From: Octopus bimaculoides
Lineage: Eukaryota
DNA: 64,000 nucleotides
Assembly: GCF_001194135.2 (NCBI RefSeq)
Contig: NC_068985.1
Location: 16,718,848 to 16,782,847 of the forward strand
Direction of reading: 5' to 3'
The notes beneath the pieces were generated by a model. It was not told the DNA's origin. It searched no databases and saw only the letters and a list, made by a program, of their open reading frames with translations. Every line of letters starts with the position of its first letter. The stretch's first letter is position 1. Shown here piece after piece: positions 1 through 12,537 of this stretch. Made by a program: the position numbers and the translations under genes.

Positions 1-389
1 ATGCATGGGCGACTGCTGGTCTTCCATAAAACAACCTTGCCCAGACTTGTGCCTGAGAGGGTAACTTTCTAGGTACAATCCCATGATCAGTCATGACTGA
101 AGGGTGTCTCAATATTCTTGAAATAACACTTGTTTAATAGATACTCACTGTATTATATATGTTGTCATTAACTTGACTATTGTTTCTCATGCAGATGACA
201 TCACTGAGTAATTTATTCTCTAAAATGTGCCAATTTTTACACCAGCTCAACAACAGTAGTTTACATTTACATAGTGATGCTCTCATTGCTTCTTCGACAA
301 ATAATGCGAAGTTGATATTTTGTCTCCCATACATGCCAGAATGATTAAAATAATATTAGTTATTGAACGATATTGTCTTTGCCACCTAC

Positions 390-545
390 CTAATTATTTC
401 TAATTGGCTTTGTGATAACACTAACTTAACTATTGTTTTTCCATGTGGCTGGTGTCTGATTAATTTGTCAGATAAATAAAGAATTGCTTCCGCTAATAAT
501 ATCATCTCATTCGGTTTCATGTCTATCATTGTATTGCAGAAAAAT
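390..545 (-). CDS. Candidate internal exon, unidentified protein
   Basis: Minus-strand AG (546-547) and GTAGGT donor (389 downwards) bound 156 nt, open in one frame, phase 2-2: FFCNTMIDMKPNEMILLAEAILYLSDKLIRHQPHGKTIVKLVLSQSQLEII. No homology recognised. Confidence 0.3.
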
Positions 546-1560
546 CTTTAAAACTTAAATTATAATCTTTGCTTAAAATCTTAAATTATAATTTAATCAT
601 TATTTTCATCGTCAACATCATTTTAATGTCCACATATCCATATTTGCATGGGTCAGACTGAGTTTATGGAGGCAGATTTTCTGCAGCTAGATAGATGCCT
701 TTCCTGTCTCCATCCTCACCTATTTCCAAGCAAGGCAATATTTCCTCATGGTCAGACTTGCCTTCAAAGAAAGGAATGAAAGTAAACTGTAACACATTAA
801 AAATGAACTACAACACTATTGACAACTAAAGAGTTGGTGATGGAGGTGAAGATAGGGAAAAAGATGAAAAACAGAAAGTAAGTGAACAGGAGTTAGGATG
901 AGTAAAGGATAAATACCATCAGAGATTATTATAAAACTGTTTGCTGATTATGGTAGATTTAATCTATCCATTGGGAGCATTTATTGTGCTTTAAGCATTT
1001 AGACCAGGTCTCCTGTTTGAAGATGACAAGATCTTTCTTTCTTCCCCTACACCAGTCTCAAAAGCCCTTTAAAATTACCATGGGCATTTCCAATTCTGCT
1101 CTGACTAAGTAAACCATAAAATGAAAATGTTTCCATGTGTTTTATCTAGAGACAAGAAGAAGGTAGTCAGATACAGAAAAACAGTGGGACAGAGGAAATA
1201 GGGGAAAGGAGAGAGAGAGAGAGGAGGAGAGAATTAACAAGAAACAGGAGGGGAGGAAGAGAAGGAAAAATTAATGAATGAGAGAGAGAAACAGAGATAG
1301 AAAGATAAAGAGCGTGAGAGAGAAGTAGCTACTGTGAAAAAAATGTGGGGAGAAGAATGAGCGCCAGAAGATTATGATTATTACTGCATCTCATTTGTAA
1401 TAGCGAAGGTAAGCAATGGTTCCTCTGAAATAATTGGCCAGAACTTCGAAGTCACTGTCACTCTACAAAAGTATGGAGTAATCCTTCCCATTAATGTAAA
1501 ACCTTTTTTTTATAACTGAACATAAAAACACACATTAATGTGTGTGTGTGTGTGTGTGTG

Positions 1561-1610
<50 letters not shown>

Positions 1611-2125
1611 GTAATTGTTTAACCCCAGGCCAGCTCTGATCCAGAAGCCTGTGAGCTAAGGCATTTTGACAACAATCATCTTGCTTTCCATTCAGACACA
1701 GTATATCGAAGATTATATTATTCAATGTATCACTTTTTTTTTTAAGATATGTGGATGAGAATGGAGGGAGATTTGTCTGTTATTTCCACCAAAGCTCTCT
1801 TAATGGTTCATATTTATATTGTGGTAGATTAGCAGAATTGGTAGAACATGTAACAAAATACCTTGTGGTATTTTGGTTACATCCCTTAACACTCTGAGTT
1901 CAAACTTCACCCAGATCAACTTCCTTTCCTTCATTCCAAGACCATTAAAATACGTACTACATGAAGTGCAGGGGTTAATATAATTGACAAAAGTAGCATT
2001 AATGGTGATGATCCAACATGGCTGCAGTTTAATAACAAGGAAACAGAAAAATGGAAAAAAGAATATGGATAACAGTTTCTTCACAATGAAATTTTGTTGA
2101 CAGATATTTAACAAGTGAAATTGTT

Positions 2126-2398
2126 GTGATGGCCGATGCCAGTATCACCTGACTGGCACGTAAAAAGCACCATTCGAGCGTGGTCAATGCCAGTGCCACC
2201 TGACTGGCTTCTGTGCCAGTGGCACGTAAAAAGCACCCACTACAATCTCAGAGTGATTGGCATTAGGAAGGGCATCAAGTTGTAGAAACTTTGCTAGATC
2301 AGATTGGAGCATGGTGCAGCCTCCTGGCTTGCCAGTCCTCAGTCAAACCGTCCAACCCATGGAAAGCGGATGCTAAACAATGATGATAATGATGATGA
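2126..2398 (+). mobile_element. SINE family B (tail ...ggacgttaaacgatgatgatg), 2 internal repeat units
   Basis: Shares body ttaggaagggcatccagctgtagaaactctgcc...cagtcaaaccgtccaacccatg and (GAT)n tail with copies at 11870, 25615, 29040 and 31081. Further fragments at about 3335-3500, 5160-5280, 10375-10640, 24465-24660, 53815-53998 and 62300-62405. Confidence 0.8.
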
Positions 2399-2658
2399 TG
2401 TTGGATCATATAACCTATATTCTTCCATTCTATTTGATTAAAATGTATTGAACCAATGAAGAATTGAACCTCAAATCACACCCCATCATCTTAGTAAAGA
2501 ATACATTGCATAATGTGGTCTTGGATTCCATGTACCAAGTTAAAAGACAGAATGCTTACAGATGTAACGCCTTCATTATAGGTCAGTTCAAAAAGGACCG
2601 ACTAAGGGTTAAGCACCAACAGCAACGACCAAAATACCTTATGTAACTTCAAAAATAT

Positions 2659-2819
2659 GAGTAGTAGCTGTGTGGTAAGTAGCTTGCTTACAAACCACAT
2701 GGTTCTGGGTTCAGTCCCACTGTGTGGCACCTTGGGCAAGTGTCTTCTACTATAGCCTCGGGCCGACCAAAGCCTTGTGAATGGATTTGGTAGATGGAAA
2801 CTAAAAGAATCCCATCGTA

Positions 2820-2902
<83 letters not shown>

Positions 2903-3149
2903 ATTTATATATATGTATGTATGTATGTGTGTATGTTTGTGTGTCTGTGTTTGTCCCCCCCCCCAACATCGCTTGACAACCGATGCTGGTGTGTTTACTT
3001 CCCCATAACTTAGCAGTTCAGCGTAAGTGACTGATAGAATAAGTACTAGGCTGACAAAGAATAAGTCCTGGGGTCGATTTGCTCAACTAAAGGTGGTGCA
3101 TCAGCATGGCCACAGTCAAATGAATGAAACAAGTAAAAGAGTAAAAGAG
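2659..3149 (+). mobile_element. SINE family A (tRNA-derived head, internal (TA)n/(TG)n, tail gtaaaagagtaaaagag)
   Basis: Head gtggtaagtagcttgct...gggttcagtcccactg with box A/B-like motifs; colinear with 19081-19470, 32770-33171, 56160-56545 and 58194-58527. Partial copies at about 7630, 12180, 15060, 21760, 22097, 22915, 23313, 42910, 45625, 53400 and 63375. Confidence 0.85.
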
Positions 3150-4169
3150 TCATGGAGCGCCTCTGCAGCAAAAATCCTATTCTGTTCTGGTCCCCTTCTC
3201 TCATACTTTAACCTTTCGTCTCCTAGAATAAAGCTGCATCTCCTTTTGGGGTCTGTAGTCTTGCAAGCTGCATTGGATCCTCATTTGTACTGGTGGCATG
3301 AAAAAAGGCAACTAGTACTCAATGTAGAGTGGTTGGCATTAGGAAGGGCATCAAGCCATAGAAACCATGCCAAAGCAGACACTGGAGCACAATGATCTCC
3401 TTAGAGCCCTTTGGATCCAGTCAAACTGTTCAACTTATACAACCATGGAATATAAACGATGATGATGATGATGACGATGATGATGATGCTGATGCTGATG
3501 ATTAAATAGCATTATGTTTCATGAAATAGTTTCTCGAGTTTCACTTGAAAAGCCAAACTTTCCTTACAGTTTCTTTCTTTCTTTTTTGTTCTTTCTTTCC
3601 TTATTTATTTATTTATATTTATTCATTTTGTGTAGACAGGCTGTGCTAAAGACTACCCCACATTTCCCAGAATAAAAGACAAGACAAAAAATGTGACACA
3701 CTATAAAGTGACAATTATATCTCTTTCTCAACAGTAGCGTTTTACAATGGCCTACTTCATATTCTGACTAAAGGTTCAATGTGCAAGAGAGGGAGAGAGA
3801 GGGGATCGAGGAGAGAGAAACAGAGACAGAGAGACTATGTGGTAGCACAATCTGCAAGAAATAACAGCTGAATTCATTCAAACCATATTCTATTAAACTG
3901 AAAAAATGGGTTTGATATACACTGTTCCAAGGTGGAAAAAAATAAGATGGGATGGTCACTACTTGAATATTTCTGATCTTAGGTCAGTTCAATTAAAACC
4001 AACTTGGAGCTAAACAACAACAAAACAACAAAAAAAAACCAATAGCAACAACTAAAGAGTAAATACAGATTACAGGGTTATAAATATATGTTTATATAGT
4101 GTTTATATATTTGCTTATTTATCTAAAAGACTAAGACATTTAATATTTATTACAATAAGGTATTGCGGA

Positions 4170-4400
4170 AATGCATGGCTTAGTGTGTTGCACCCATGAT
4201 TGTAAGATTGTGGTTTTGATTCCTCGACTGGGTGGTGCGTTGTGTTCTTGAGCAAGACATTTCATTTTACTCTAGTCCACTTAGCTGGCAAAAATAAGTG
4301 ATCTTGCAATGGACCGGCATCTTGTCCAGTGGTGGAATATGTATGCTACAGAATCCAGAAAACTGGCCTTATGAGCCTATAGCTCAGAAAGGATCTTTGA
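4170..4400 (+). mobile_element. SINE family D (tRNA-like head, ttgagcaagaca core)
   Basis: gcatggcttagtg...gattcctcgactggg...ttgagcaagaca; related copies at 4860-5118 (-), 7295-7595 (+) and 20425-20750 (-). Confidence 0.6.
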
Positions 4401-4417
4401 TGTTTTTTCTACAATTA

Positions 4418-4837
4418 CCGTAAATCCTCGAATATAATCCGCACTTTTTTCCCAAAATTTAAAGGTCAAAATTTCTTGTGCGTACTATATACGAGGTTAA
4501 AAATGAAAAATATTTTCTAAGCAAAATTTTCTAAGTGATGAATATATAAAGGCAATTTACTTAATATTTATCTTTCACTGACGTTATTACTGTTATTTCT
4601 TTATTTTCTGCAAACAAAGTGCACAAAAAAGCTACACGATTATGTTATATATACAATAATAATAAAGGACGTTACCGTATATATGTTTACAAACTAAGGA
4701 CATTATATAGACCTCCTTGACTCAAGTTAGAGAAGGGGTGCGTATTATACACAAGGTTTAGGTTTTTCAGAGGTACAGCCCCCTAAAAATCCCCTGTGTA
4801 TTATACTTAAGGGCGAACTATACTCGAGGATTTACGG
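4418..4837. mobile_element. Tc1/mariner (Tc2/pogo-type) MITE
   Basis: TIR CCGTAAATCCTCGA at 4418 and TCGAGGATTTACGG ending 4837, with TA on both sides (4416-17 and 4838-39). No ORF. Confidence 0.85.
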
Positions 4838-5684
4838 TATGTTGTTTGTTCCTTCTTGAATCATGACTAGCTCATAAGGGCTGGTTTCTTGGTTTCATTG
4901 GCATATAGGTTCCCCACCTGGATGGGATGCCAGTCCATCGCAGGTGAGCTGCTAGATGAAGGAGGAAAGAAAGTTGTGGTGAAAATACCTTCTACCAGAG
5001 CTGTGTGAAGCTTAGGTGTTTCACTCATAAACACACACATCACCCAGTCGGAGATTCGAACTCATGATCCCTTGACTATGAGTCTACTGCTCTAACCACT
5101 AGGCCATTTGCCTCCACTTTCACAACTATAATTATTAATTAATCACAATCATCATTATCATTATTATTTAACATTTATTGGCATGAGATGGATGGTTCAA
5201 CAGGGCCCAACTAGCTTGAGGGCTGCACTGGTCCCCAGTGTCTGTTTTGACAATGTTTCTATGACTGAATGCCCTTCCTTCAAACACCAACCTATAATAA
5301 CTCACAAACAACAACCTATAATAATCTACAAGCACCAGCTTACAAAAACCTACAAATACTAATTTGCAGTAGCCTACAAACAGCAACCTACAAGCAGAAG
5401 TAATGAAACAGTAATGTGAACTGTAAGACATGCTCTTAAAGTTTTCCCACCAAACCTCACGACTTTGATTATTATCTGCTGAAGACTTTACTTAATCATC
5501 ATGCAGCATCTCAGAGATGACACATTGCTCCTGTTGAGACATAACTTCTTATTAGAGCCTTAGGCACTGTTGTAAATACACTTTGGAGATTAGCAAGCAT
5601 AAAATATAATAAAAAAACTGGAATAGTAAAATATTTGGTGCATGTAAAAAGAAATACAGTATATGTAAAAGTACATGTAAAAGG

Positions 5685-5759
5685 AAAAGGATATATAAAG
5701 TAGTCATAAAATACAGTTGGAATCCATCAAACTAATTGTTCCATCACAANNNNNNNNNN

Positions 5760-5794
<35 letters not shown>

Positions 5795-5854
5795 GATATA
5801 TAAAGTAGTCATAAAATACAGTTGGAATCCATCAAACTAATTGTTCCATCACAA
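5685..5854. other. Exact 65-bp duplication across a 10-N gap, probable assembly overlap artefact
   Basis: 5685-5749 is identical to 5790-5854, separated by Ns and (TA)n. Confidence 0.75.
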
Positions 5855-5924
5855 GGGGAGATTTTTATATGTACTTTTTACTATAAAAATTGATTCAATG
5901 TTTTCTTTTGTCTCTCCTGTGTAG

Positions 5925-5966
5925 ATGACAATCTCAAGTGAAGCTAATGTTTCAACTGCAGAGAAA
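5925..5966 (+). CDS. Weak candidate exon (MTISSEANVSTAEK), or a terminal exon running to the stop at 6020
   Basis: Strong polypyrimidine acceptor ttttcttttgtctctcctgtgtag and GTAAAG donor; short open frame only. Confidence 0.2.
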
Positions 5967-6229
5967 GTAAAGGTCCACTACAAGATGTCAACTTCTGAAC
6001 ACAAAGTCTCAGTCATATAAATAGTTATCTACAAAAATTCTAGTTCTAATGTATTAACAAATTCTAACACCTGATAATACTTCATAATGAAGCAATCATT
6101 TTGTTGGATATTAGAAAGACATTTTGTTTATAGAAGAATAATTGATATATTGAACAGTGGTAATTGTCATATGATACAACTAATAATGATTATAACATGT
6201 AGTTATCTCTTCTTTTCATCACAAAGTTT

Positions 6230-6552
6230 AGTCCTTGTTGCAGTATGGTAGCTTGAATGTTTTAACGACCCTAATGGATATGTTAGTAGAGCGCAAGTTC
6301 CTAGTAGCACCTTCCATGCAGGACAGATAAAAGGACAGAGGCCAGACTAATATGAACCACCTCTTCCCAGAGGTAAAAATGGGTTTATGTAGGACCAACA
6401 GCCTTATCTTGAAAAAAGCAAAGGTGCAGAAGCACTGATGACAGTTCAAAACCAATAAGACCAGGGAATGGAAGGACAGCCCAGACTTGAGAACAATGGA
6501 GAAAAGTCAGCAATGACCTATGCTCTACTAGGAGCAAAGGGCTTAAGTAAGT
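6230..6552 (+). mobile_element. Decayed 3' end of an RTE-type LINE
   Basis: Ends gagcaaagggcttaagtaag, resembling RTE tails; coding frame is disrupted. Confidence 0.35.
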
Positions 6553-6769
6553 TGTATCTCTCCTTAAATACTGTGACCAACAGAGGGCCTCTTTACAGGG
6601 ATTAGTTTTTCAACAGTGTTCGATGAGAGCCTTATACTTCTTTAACTATATTACTTAAGTAGGTGGTGAACTGGCAGAGTTGTTAAAGCATTTAACAGAA
6701 TACCAAACGGTGGTTGTTCTGATACTCTGCACTCTGAGTTCAAATCTCACCAAGGTCATTTGATATTGT

Positions 6770-7090
6770 TGTATGGGACCACAAGGAAAAGATATGTTCT
6801 GTAGTGGAAATTAGTTACTCTCTGGACACCAACATGGTCTGAAAAATACAAGAGAAAGAGGACATCTATTGATCATTAATAAGGAGTTTGCAAATCCAGT
6901 ACCCAAGACCCACTTTCAGCTTCACACTATTGGAGCAACAGGATACATACCAACCGTTCTGGAGCAAAGTATGGCTGAACTTGAGTCCTTGTGGGGAAGA
7001 ATGCAAAGGCTTAATTCATACTCTGCAAATGATCATGATATCTGGGACTATAAAAATCTGCAAGACCTTTTTAAGATATAAGGGATGATG
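6770..7090 (+). mobile_element. Restriction-like endonuclease (REL) C-terminus of an R2/R4-superclade non-LTR retrotransposon, decayed
   Basis: Translates IVWDHKEKICSVVEISYSLDTNMV*KIQEKEDIY*...LQIQYP and HTLQMIMISGTIKICKTFL, matching the PD..D...E..P...K..EK..KY pattern and typical C-terminal helix. Confidence 0.65.
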
Positions 7091-7157
7091 AACAAAAGAA
7101 GATGCTTTCCTTCACAACTTTCCTACCAAATGGGTGGTCAATCAAGATTTATTCTTG

Positions 7158-7231
<74 letters not shown>

Positions 7232-7940
7232 CATATATATACATATACGCATACATACATATATATATATAGATAGATAGATAGATAGACAGGTGAAGGT
7301 GCATGGCTTAGTGGGTAAGGTATTCAGCTGATGATTATAAGGTCATGAGTTCAATTTCCAGTAGTACATTGTATCTTTGAGCAAGACACTTTATTTTCAC
7401 ATTGCTCCAATCTACTCAGCTGGCAAAAATGAGTCGTATCTGTACTTTAAAGGGCCAACCTTGTCACATCCTGTATTACACTGAATCTCCCTGAGAACTA
7501 TGCTAAGTGTACGGGTGTCCGTGGAGTACTCAGCCACTTGTAGGTTAATTTCATGAGTAGACTGTTCCATTGATTGAATCAACTGGGACCCTTGTCATTG
7601 GAGTACACACACACACACACACACACACATATTGCTCAAGTCTGACAGTGTGGTAAAAAGTTTACTTCCCAACAGCATGGTTCTGGTTTCAATCTCACTG
7701 TGTAGTAAGTTGGCCAGGTGTTCCACTGCTGTAGCCCTAAAACCTGTGGTATATATATATATATATAACAGCCAACGATCCAAAATATTCATCTTCTTCT
7801 TCCAGCACATTGTTTCTTATGGGAGCAGACATGGCTGACACCACTGATACAAGATAGGTAGATCCTGTGGCACTAAAGGCACTGAAAGTGACTCCGAACA
7901 ACACCCACAGGTGGTTGATGATGTGATGATGACATCTTTT

Positions 7941-8250
7941 AGTAGCCCACGTTCTTAACCACTACGCCATATGCCCATGGGTATATGGTGTAGTGGTTAA
8001 GAGCGCGGGCTACTAACCCCAAGATTCTGAGTTCGATTCTAGGCAGTGATCTGAATAATAATAATAATAATAATAACAACATCGAAAAATACCTTAGGAA
8101 TGAGAACCCAGGTTCGAAATTTTCCCAAGACACCTGATGAAGGCTGGAGGGTATATCAGCCAAAGCATTTTGTTAACAACAAGCAGGATGAGGACAAATA
8201 TCCGTCAATTGTAAATAATGTACATAATTCCTCATCTCTTAAATATAGAA
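7941..8250 (+). mobile_element. Repeat with inverted tRNA-like head and a Penelope-like 3' region
   Basis: 37-bp palindrome arms 7941-7977/7978-8014; box A (tggtgtagtgg) and box B (gagttcgattc); (AAT)n; then cctgatgaaggctg...cagcc. Confidence 0.6.
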
Positions 8251-9391
8251 CTGTATTATCTCCCCCTTTCTTCATGCAGTCTCTTGCATTCAATTTCAAA
8301 GTGCTCTACTCTAGCATTACACATGCGCGCGTGCGTGTGTGCGTGCGTATGTGTGTGTGTGTAGAATGCAAAATAAAAAACTAAACTGTCAAACTGGATT
8401 ATGGTAGACTTTTATGACTTCCCATTTAGTTTTCCCTGAATACTCGAAGTGTGTCTTGATAGCTGATATCTTTATATTAATATGCAACAACAACAAAAGA
8501 AAACAGAATAGAGTACTGTCTTCAAGGTATATTTAAAACAAACAAATTCAGTCTGAATCCTCAAAAAAGGAAAAGAATCTGTTGGTAAAATATCTTGCAA
8601 GTACAATTGGAATGCAAACGTACTATTAGTCAAATCAAAGCATATTAGTATTTTTGGATGACATAAACAAAGCTATATATTATTGATAACAGGTTTTAGA
8701 AAAAGTTACACAAGTTTGAGCAAAATAAGATGTTTAAAAAATAGCACTTCAAAACATTCCTTAGTCTTTATTCAATTGAAAATGTTGGTGCATGTAACTG
8801 TAAATTGCTAAAAGGGATTTTCAGATTGTCAATGATTAAAGAAAGTGCATAAATTATTTCTTAAGGAATCTGGTTAATCCCTGTTCTGTTTAGAAGATTG
8901 CTAAATATTTATCTTTACTCTAAATGTCAAGAACTAAAACCATCTTACAGAATTGAAATTGGTTCTCAGCTCTTTTATTTTTGGGTGACAAACATAGGAT
9001 CGAGATTTTATGCTGTATAACTACCATGAAAAATTCTACTTTGCTGGATTCTTATCATGCATATAATGTTGGTTGAACGTTTGCTAAAAAAACTCAAAAT
9101 CCGTGCCGCAGAATACCACATTATGATCACTGTTCCAGAGCTGTCATTGTTTGACGTCCTATTTCTTTAGTATGATTTGTCATTTAGCTTTTTTTCAATG
9201 TCATTTAGATAGATTTAATTAAGCTTTTCTATGATAATTAATCTAATTCTAACCTACTTAATGTTTTGGGCCTAATTTTCTGTCAGTGGGACAGAGATTA
9301 GGTAACTTGCGCACAGTATGTGATGATATTATTATCTAAGAAGCTGATACTTCATAATAACATGATACATAATTTATTAATTAGAATAACT

Positions 9392-9610
9392 AAGGCAGCA
9401 AACTGGCAGAAATGTTAACACGACGGGCAAAATGCTTACTTCGGTATTTCGTCTGTCTTTATGTTCTGAGTTCAAATTCCGCCAAGGTCAACTTTGCCTT
9501 TCATCCTTTCAGGGTCAATAAATTAAGTACCAGTTGTGTACTGGAGTCAATCTAATCGACTAGCTCCCTCCCCAGAAATTTCATGCCTTGTGCCGAGAGT
9601 AGAAAAGATC
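9392..9610 (+). mobile_element. SINE family C (tRNA-derived, core gtcaactttgcctttcatcctttc-gggtc-ataaa-aagtaccag)
   Basis: Colinear with 27270-27489 and 27756-27975; other copies at about 1820, 6660, 16600, 26835, 31440, 32500 and 32200-32460 (-). Confidence 0.8.
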
Positions 9611-9754
9611 AATTAGAAAACCTAATTTGAGGATAATAGAGTTGTAATACAGAATGCAATGTAAATTCACTTTGCATAGCTATCATTGTAAAAGTGAATG
9701 TTTTTCTTGACCTATAAGGAATGAAAACAACACCTAATGTAGATATTCAAACAC

Positions 9755-10150
9755 TTGCATGTGTGTTCGTGTGTGTACATGCATATGTGTTTGTATGTAT
9801 GTGCATGTTTGTGCATATGTGTGTATATGTGCATGTATATGTGTATGTGTGTGTGTCTATGTGCATGTGTGTGTGTATGTCTATGTGCATGTGTGTATGT
9901 GCGTGTACATGACTATATACACGTGTATATGTGTATACACATGACTATGTATACTTGTGCATGTGTGTATGTGTGTGTTCATGCATGTGTTGTTCATACA
10001 TGTGTGTGTTTGTGCATGTGCATATGTGTTTATGTGCAGTATGTGCATGTGTTAATGTAGTGTATATCTGTGTTTATGTGTATATATGTATGCACATGTG
10101 ATTGTGCATGTGTGTGTGATGATGTACATGTGCATGTCTATGTGTGCAGT
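9755..10150. repeat. Long degenerate (TG/TA) microsatellite
   Basis: About 400 bp of alternating purine-pyrimidine; source of the spurious CV-rich ORFs. Other pure tracts at 1538-1608, 2821-2896, 7159-7290, 27718-27753 and 34555-34592. Confidence 0.95.
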
Positions 10151-10666
10151 TATATATTTAAATATACTGGTGAGCAACAACTTCATTGATATTAAATAAA
10201 ATATCTATTAGAACTGCCCAACTTCTGTCCTGATGCTTGCCACAAACTTCAGTGGAAAATATAGAACTTACAAGATCACATCTGCTATTTATAGTATTTT
10301 GGAATACCAAAAATTTTGTAGGAGACATTGAAATGAAATAATCATTTTTTTCTATATCTATCATTATCATCATCATTGTTTAACATCGATCTTCTTTGCT
10401 GGCATGGGTTGGACAGTTTAACAAGATTCAAGATGGGGGACTCTGCATGCTCCAATGTCTGCATATGTATATATGTATATATCACCATCGTCATAATTTA
10501 ACATTCGCTTTCCATTCTGGCATGGGTTGGACAGTTTGACAGGAACTGGCTCACAACAGACAATTGGAGTCTGGCTAGCTCCAGTCAAATTATTCAATCC
10601 ATACCAGCATGAAAAACAGATGCTAAACAATGATGATGATATATATACATGTATATACATACTATA

Positions 10667-11010
10667 TCTATATATATAAAACTGAGAATGTGTGTCTGAC
10701 TATCTGTCTCTGTGTATCTGTATGTGTGCATCACAAAGACTTGAGAACTACCCAACAAATTTCATTCAAGTTTTATATATGCATTATTTAGGGTCCATGG
10801 AATATCATGGGCCAAAAAAATTTTCAACTTTGTGCCAAATGCGAGCCTGGAGCAATCTCTTAGACTGTTTCAGTATTATGTGTCAAAAGTGAAACAATAA
10901 CATCTCTATTGTAATGTGATATAATAGTTTCATTTTTATATGATTTCACTTGCAACAGTTCCACTTTTAATAGTTTCATTTTCATTAGTTTCACTATGTA
11001 TATATATATA
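10667..11010 (+). mobile_element. Non-autonomous Helitron-like element, 3' end lost in gap
   Basis: Begins A|TCTATATATATAAAA followed by tgtgtgtctg repeats, the 5' pattern typical of non-autonomous Helitrons; the CTRR end is not visible. Confidence 0.45.
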
Positions 11011-11869
11011 NNNNNNNNNNNNNNNNNNNNNNNNNNNNNNNNNNNNNNNNNNNNNNNNNNNNNNNNNNNNNNNNNNNNNNNNNNNNNNNNNNNNNNNNNN
11101 NNNNNNNNNNNNNNNNNNNNNNNNNNNNNNNNNNNNNNNNNNNNNNNNNNNNNNNNNNNNNNNNNNNNNNNNNNNNNNNNNNNNNNNNNNNNNNNNNNNN
11201 NNNNNNNNNNNNNNNNNNNNNNNNNNNNNNNNNNNNNNNNNNNNNNNNNNNNNNNNNNNNNNNNNNNNNNNNNNNNNNNNNNNNNNNNNNNNNNNNNNNN
11301 NNNNNNNNNNNNNNNNNNNNNNNNNNNNNNNNNNNNNNNNNNNNNNNNNNNNNNNNNNNATGGCAACACCAGGCTCCAGTCTGATTTGGCAGAGATCCAG
11401 CTGTAGAAACTCTGCCAAATCAGACTGGAGCCTGGTGTTGCCATCCGGTTTCACCAGTCCTCAGTCAAATCGTCCAACCCATGCTAGCATGGAAAGCGGA
11501 CGTTAAACGATGATGATGATGATGATGATATATATATATATATATATATATAAACTAGCAGAGATATCCAGCCTTGCTCAGGATTAAAATGGCATAGTTT
11601 TTTTAAAGTTTTACTTGTTTCAGTCATGTGACTGGCCAAGCAGGTGCACCGCCATTGATTGAACAAATCAACCACAGGATTTATTCTTTGTAAGCCTAGT
11701 ACTTATTCTCTCAGTGTCTTTTCCCAAACCGCTAAGTTATGGGAACAGAAACACAGTAACATCAGTTGTCAAACAATGGTGGAGGTACAAACACAGGCAC
11801 ACACACATACAAATATACACATATATACGACAGTCTTCTTTAAGTTTCCGTGTACAAAATCCACTCACA

Positions 11870-12154
11870 TTCGAGCGAGATCGTTGCCAGTGCCGCTGGA
11901 CTGGCTCCTGTGCAGGTGGCACGTAAAATACACCATTTTGAGCGTGGCTGTTGCCAGTACCGCCTGACTGGCCTTCATGCCAGTGGCACATAAAAGCACC
12001 CACTACACTCTCAGAGTGGTTGGAGTTAGGAAGGGAATCCAGCTGTAGAAACTCTGCCAAATCAGATTGGAGCCTGGTGTAGCCACCTGGTTCACCAGTC
12101 TTCAGTCAAATCGTCCAACCCATGCTAGCATGGAAAGTGGACGTTAAACAATGA

Positions 12155-12158
<4 letters not shown>
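11870..12158 (+). mobile_element. SINE family B copy
   Basis: Near-identical to 29040-29349; CpG-rich, so young. Confidence 0.85.
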
Positions 12159-12193
<35 letters not shown>

Positions 12194-12537
12194 TGTGTGT
12201 CTGTTTGTACCCCCACCATCATTTGACAACTGATGTTGGTGTGTTTACATCCCCGTGACTTAGCGGTTCAGCAAAAGAAGAGACCGATAGAATAAGTACT
12301 AGGCTTACAAAGAATAAATCCTGGGGTCGATTTGTATGACTAAAGGCGGTGCTCTAGCATGGCCACATTCAAAGGACTGAAGCAAATAAACAAATACACC
12401 TGGTTGGTGTAGCATTCGGCTAACTGAATGTGCATTGGCTAAATTCAAATTATTTAGAAAAGAGATCACTAGAAATCCAAGTTATAATCCAATAGGCATA
12501 ATATATGCCTCACTGAGTGTATAATAATAATAATAAT

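Noticed and set aside
1385-1500. Minus-strand VTVTSKFWPIISEEPL, reminiscent of the cullin/APC2 S..FWP motif
   Set aside because: Similarity is only 3-4 residues and no consistent splice phase links it to neighbours.
5685-5854. Tandem duplication
   Set aside because: An exact copy straddling a 10-N gap; most likely unmerged contig overlap.
7978-8055. Possible tRNA-Ser(ACT-loop) gene
   Set aside because: Box A/B and an anticodon-like loop are present but the acceptor stem does not pair; it is a SINE-type head. The same applies to the other tRNA-like heads.
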